A stretch of DNA of 64,000 bases from Selaginella moellendorffii (lineage: Eukaryota; Plantae; Lycopodiophyta), in the NCBI RefSeq assembly GCF_000143415.4, contig NW_003314321.1, positions 1,002,236-1,066,235 of the forward strand, in the 5' to 3' direction. The notes beneath the pieces were generated by a model. It was not told where the DNA came from. It ran no database searches and saw only the letters and a program-made list of their open reading frames with translations. Position numbers and translations under genes: made by a program. Below are positions 61,898-64,000 of the stretch, piece after piece; position 1 is the first letter of the stretch; every line of letters begins with the position of its first letter.

Positions 61898-63686
61898 TTA
61901 ACTCGTTCCGTCGTCACGATCTTTGTCTTTGGGCTTGATCGTCTCTAGCGGTTGAACAGGCTGAGGAGCCAAGCTAGATCCGCCCACAAATTTGCTCCAA
62001 AACCAGTGCCTCCTCCACGCATGAATCATCTCCTCGATGGGAACATTCTTGGTCTCGGGCAGCAAGAAGTAGATGAAGATGGTCATGACGGTCACCAGCG
62101 CCGCGAAGAGCAGGAAGATTCCATACTTGAGATGGCAGAGCAGCCACAAAAACGCCTGCGCGATCAGAAACGTGAACAAGAGATTGACCGACACCGTGAT
62201 GCTCTGCCCCGCTGATCGCGTCTCGAGCGGGAAAATCTCGCTGGGGACGAGCCATCCAAGCGGCCCCCACGACCACCCAAACGCCGCCACAAACGTGCAA
62301 ATGAGCGTCACTACTGTGACGGAGTAGGGCTTGGACAGCTGCTTGGATCCCCCGAATTTCTCCTTCAAGATCACGCCAATGGTCGTCTGCCAAGGAACCA
62401 CAACCACGATGATCATCCAAGTTAAAATTTAGGGTTCTTGAGCAACTTACCTGGCAGACGATCATTTGAATGCCGCCTTCCAGGAAGAGGAATCTGCGAC
62501 CCCAGCGGTCCACCAGAGCGATGGAGACGAGCGTGGCGAGCGTGATCACTGCGCCGGTCATGACAGCCGAGTAGAGCGCGGCGTTATCCCCGAATCCCAG
62601 GCTCTGGAACAGCACGGGCGCGTAGAAAAGGATGGAATTGATGCCCGTGAGCTGCTGGAACGCCGGGATGAAGATGGCCATGACCAGCTGGGGGCGATTC
62701 CTCTTCTTGAGGATGTTGCGGAAGGGGTGCTTGACGGCATTGGCGGTCTCGCTGGCCTCGATCAGGTCCTCCATCTCCGCGTCCACGTCCTTGGTGCCGC
62801 GGATCTTCTCCAGGATGTTTCGCCCTTGGTCGATCAGTCCCCTCTCCACCAGGCTGTTGGGGGTCTCCGGGAGGAAGAGAGCTCCCACTGTCATGACCAA
62901 TGCCGGCGCCCCTGCCAATCCCAGTGACAATCGCCAGCCCCAGGGATGGAGCTTCTGGGTGAAGAAATTGATCACGTTGGCTACCAGGATCCCGATGGTG
63001 GTGGCGAGCTGGAACAGTAGATTCATGCTTCCTCGCATCCTCGCCGGCGCCATCTCGGACAAGTAGAGAGGAACTGCCTGGAATCAAGATTCAAATGGGT
63101 CGATCGATGGAGCAAAATCGGGGAGAACCCATCGCGATCGAGCTTACTTGGTTGCCGAATCCAATGCCCACGCCCAGCATGATCCGCCCCAGGATGAGCA
63201 TTTCCAGATTCTCGGCGCCGGCGTTGAGCGCCGCCCCGATGAGGAAGCTAATGCCGCCGATGAGGATCGAGGGGCGGCGGCCATAGCGCCGGGTGGTGAA
63301 GGAGGCGGCGAATGTGGACGTGAGGCCCGCGATGTAGAGCGAGGATGTGAAGGCCGTGAGCTTCTGGTTGTCATACTTGCAGTAGTCGTCCTCGCGGATG
63401 AGCCCCAGTTTCTTGCGATACACCACCGGGAAGAATTTGATGAGGAAATCGTTCATGGAGGTCACTCCTCCTGCCAAATTGCCAGCGCTCCCATGAGATC
63501 CGATTCCAACTCCACCTCGAAAACGTATGACCGATCGATCTTACCCGAGATCCCGATGTCGTAGCCAAAGATTGATCCTCCAGTCGCAGCGATGATACAC
63601 GCGAAGACCACGTAACTGGTCATTCGGCCCTTGTACTCGGCGGCTCTGGATCCGGGAGCGAGCATTTGGACTCCTCCGCCCGCCAT
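61898..63686 (-). CDS. Sugar transport protein (STP)
   Basis: Four exons; [48 protein letters not shown]. Confidence 0.96.
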
Positions 63687-64000
63687 AGCTCCCACTCTCC
63701 CAGATCGAATCCAAAGTGTTTTGGGAAGCTCCTATTTATTTGGCAAGTCCCAGCAAAGGGCTTCTATTATTTACCGAGCTTATCTCGGATCGATCCATTC
63801 CAGCGCGACCAAAAAATTTTCTTTCTCACTTCTTGGTCAACATTTTCTAGCGTTGATGATGCTTGCCTTTGTCGTGTCCGACGACCTATACATCGTCAAT
63901 GCCCTGTCAGAGGAAATCGAAGTGGACGGGATTCGAAACTGGGACCTTGAAACAAAATATTTTCTCCTCTCGTGGAGTTCTAGGGTTTTAGGAAGGAATG

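Noticed and set aside
63918-63948. Minus-strand GGTCCCAGTTTCGAATCCCG, tRNA T-arm-like
   Set aside because: No 5' half or cloverleaf
1-64000. CRISPR arrays, operons or prokaryotic defence islands
   Set aside because: No regularly spaced repeat-spacer array; gene structure is eukaryotic with spliceosomal introns

Overview
Eukaryotic nuclear DNA from a land plant, not a prokaryote. The ~50-60 nt GT-AG introns, compact gene spacing, GC-rich PLS-class PPR genes and plant-type tRNA/U2 genes point to a lycophyte such as Selaginella (inference). Recognisable genes: tRNA-Ala(AGC), DUF674, CDC20, three PLS-PPRs (one full DYW), a compact UPL1/2-like HECT E3 ligase, a CYP21-4-like cyclophilin, U2 snRNA, Rubisco LSMT, an HHO/NIGT1-type GARP factor, a divergent PLATZ, NUP43, a fibrillin and three tandem STP hexose transporters. 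Between them lie gypsy and LINE relics and several local duplicates or pseudogenes. The most unusual content is three non-canonical, effector-like loci: an intronless STAND-type ATPase (2.5-3.8 kb), a spliced coiled-coil + P-loop NTPase gene with a decayed nuclease-like tail (30-33 kb), and a restriction-endonuclease-like + kinase pseudogene (49-51 kb). The latter two resemble Crinkler/CR-type architectures. All family calls come from motif recognition by eye; no searches were run, and multi-exon boundaries are approximate.
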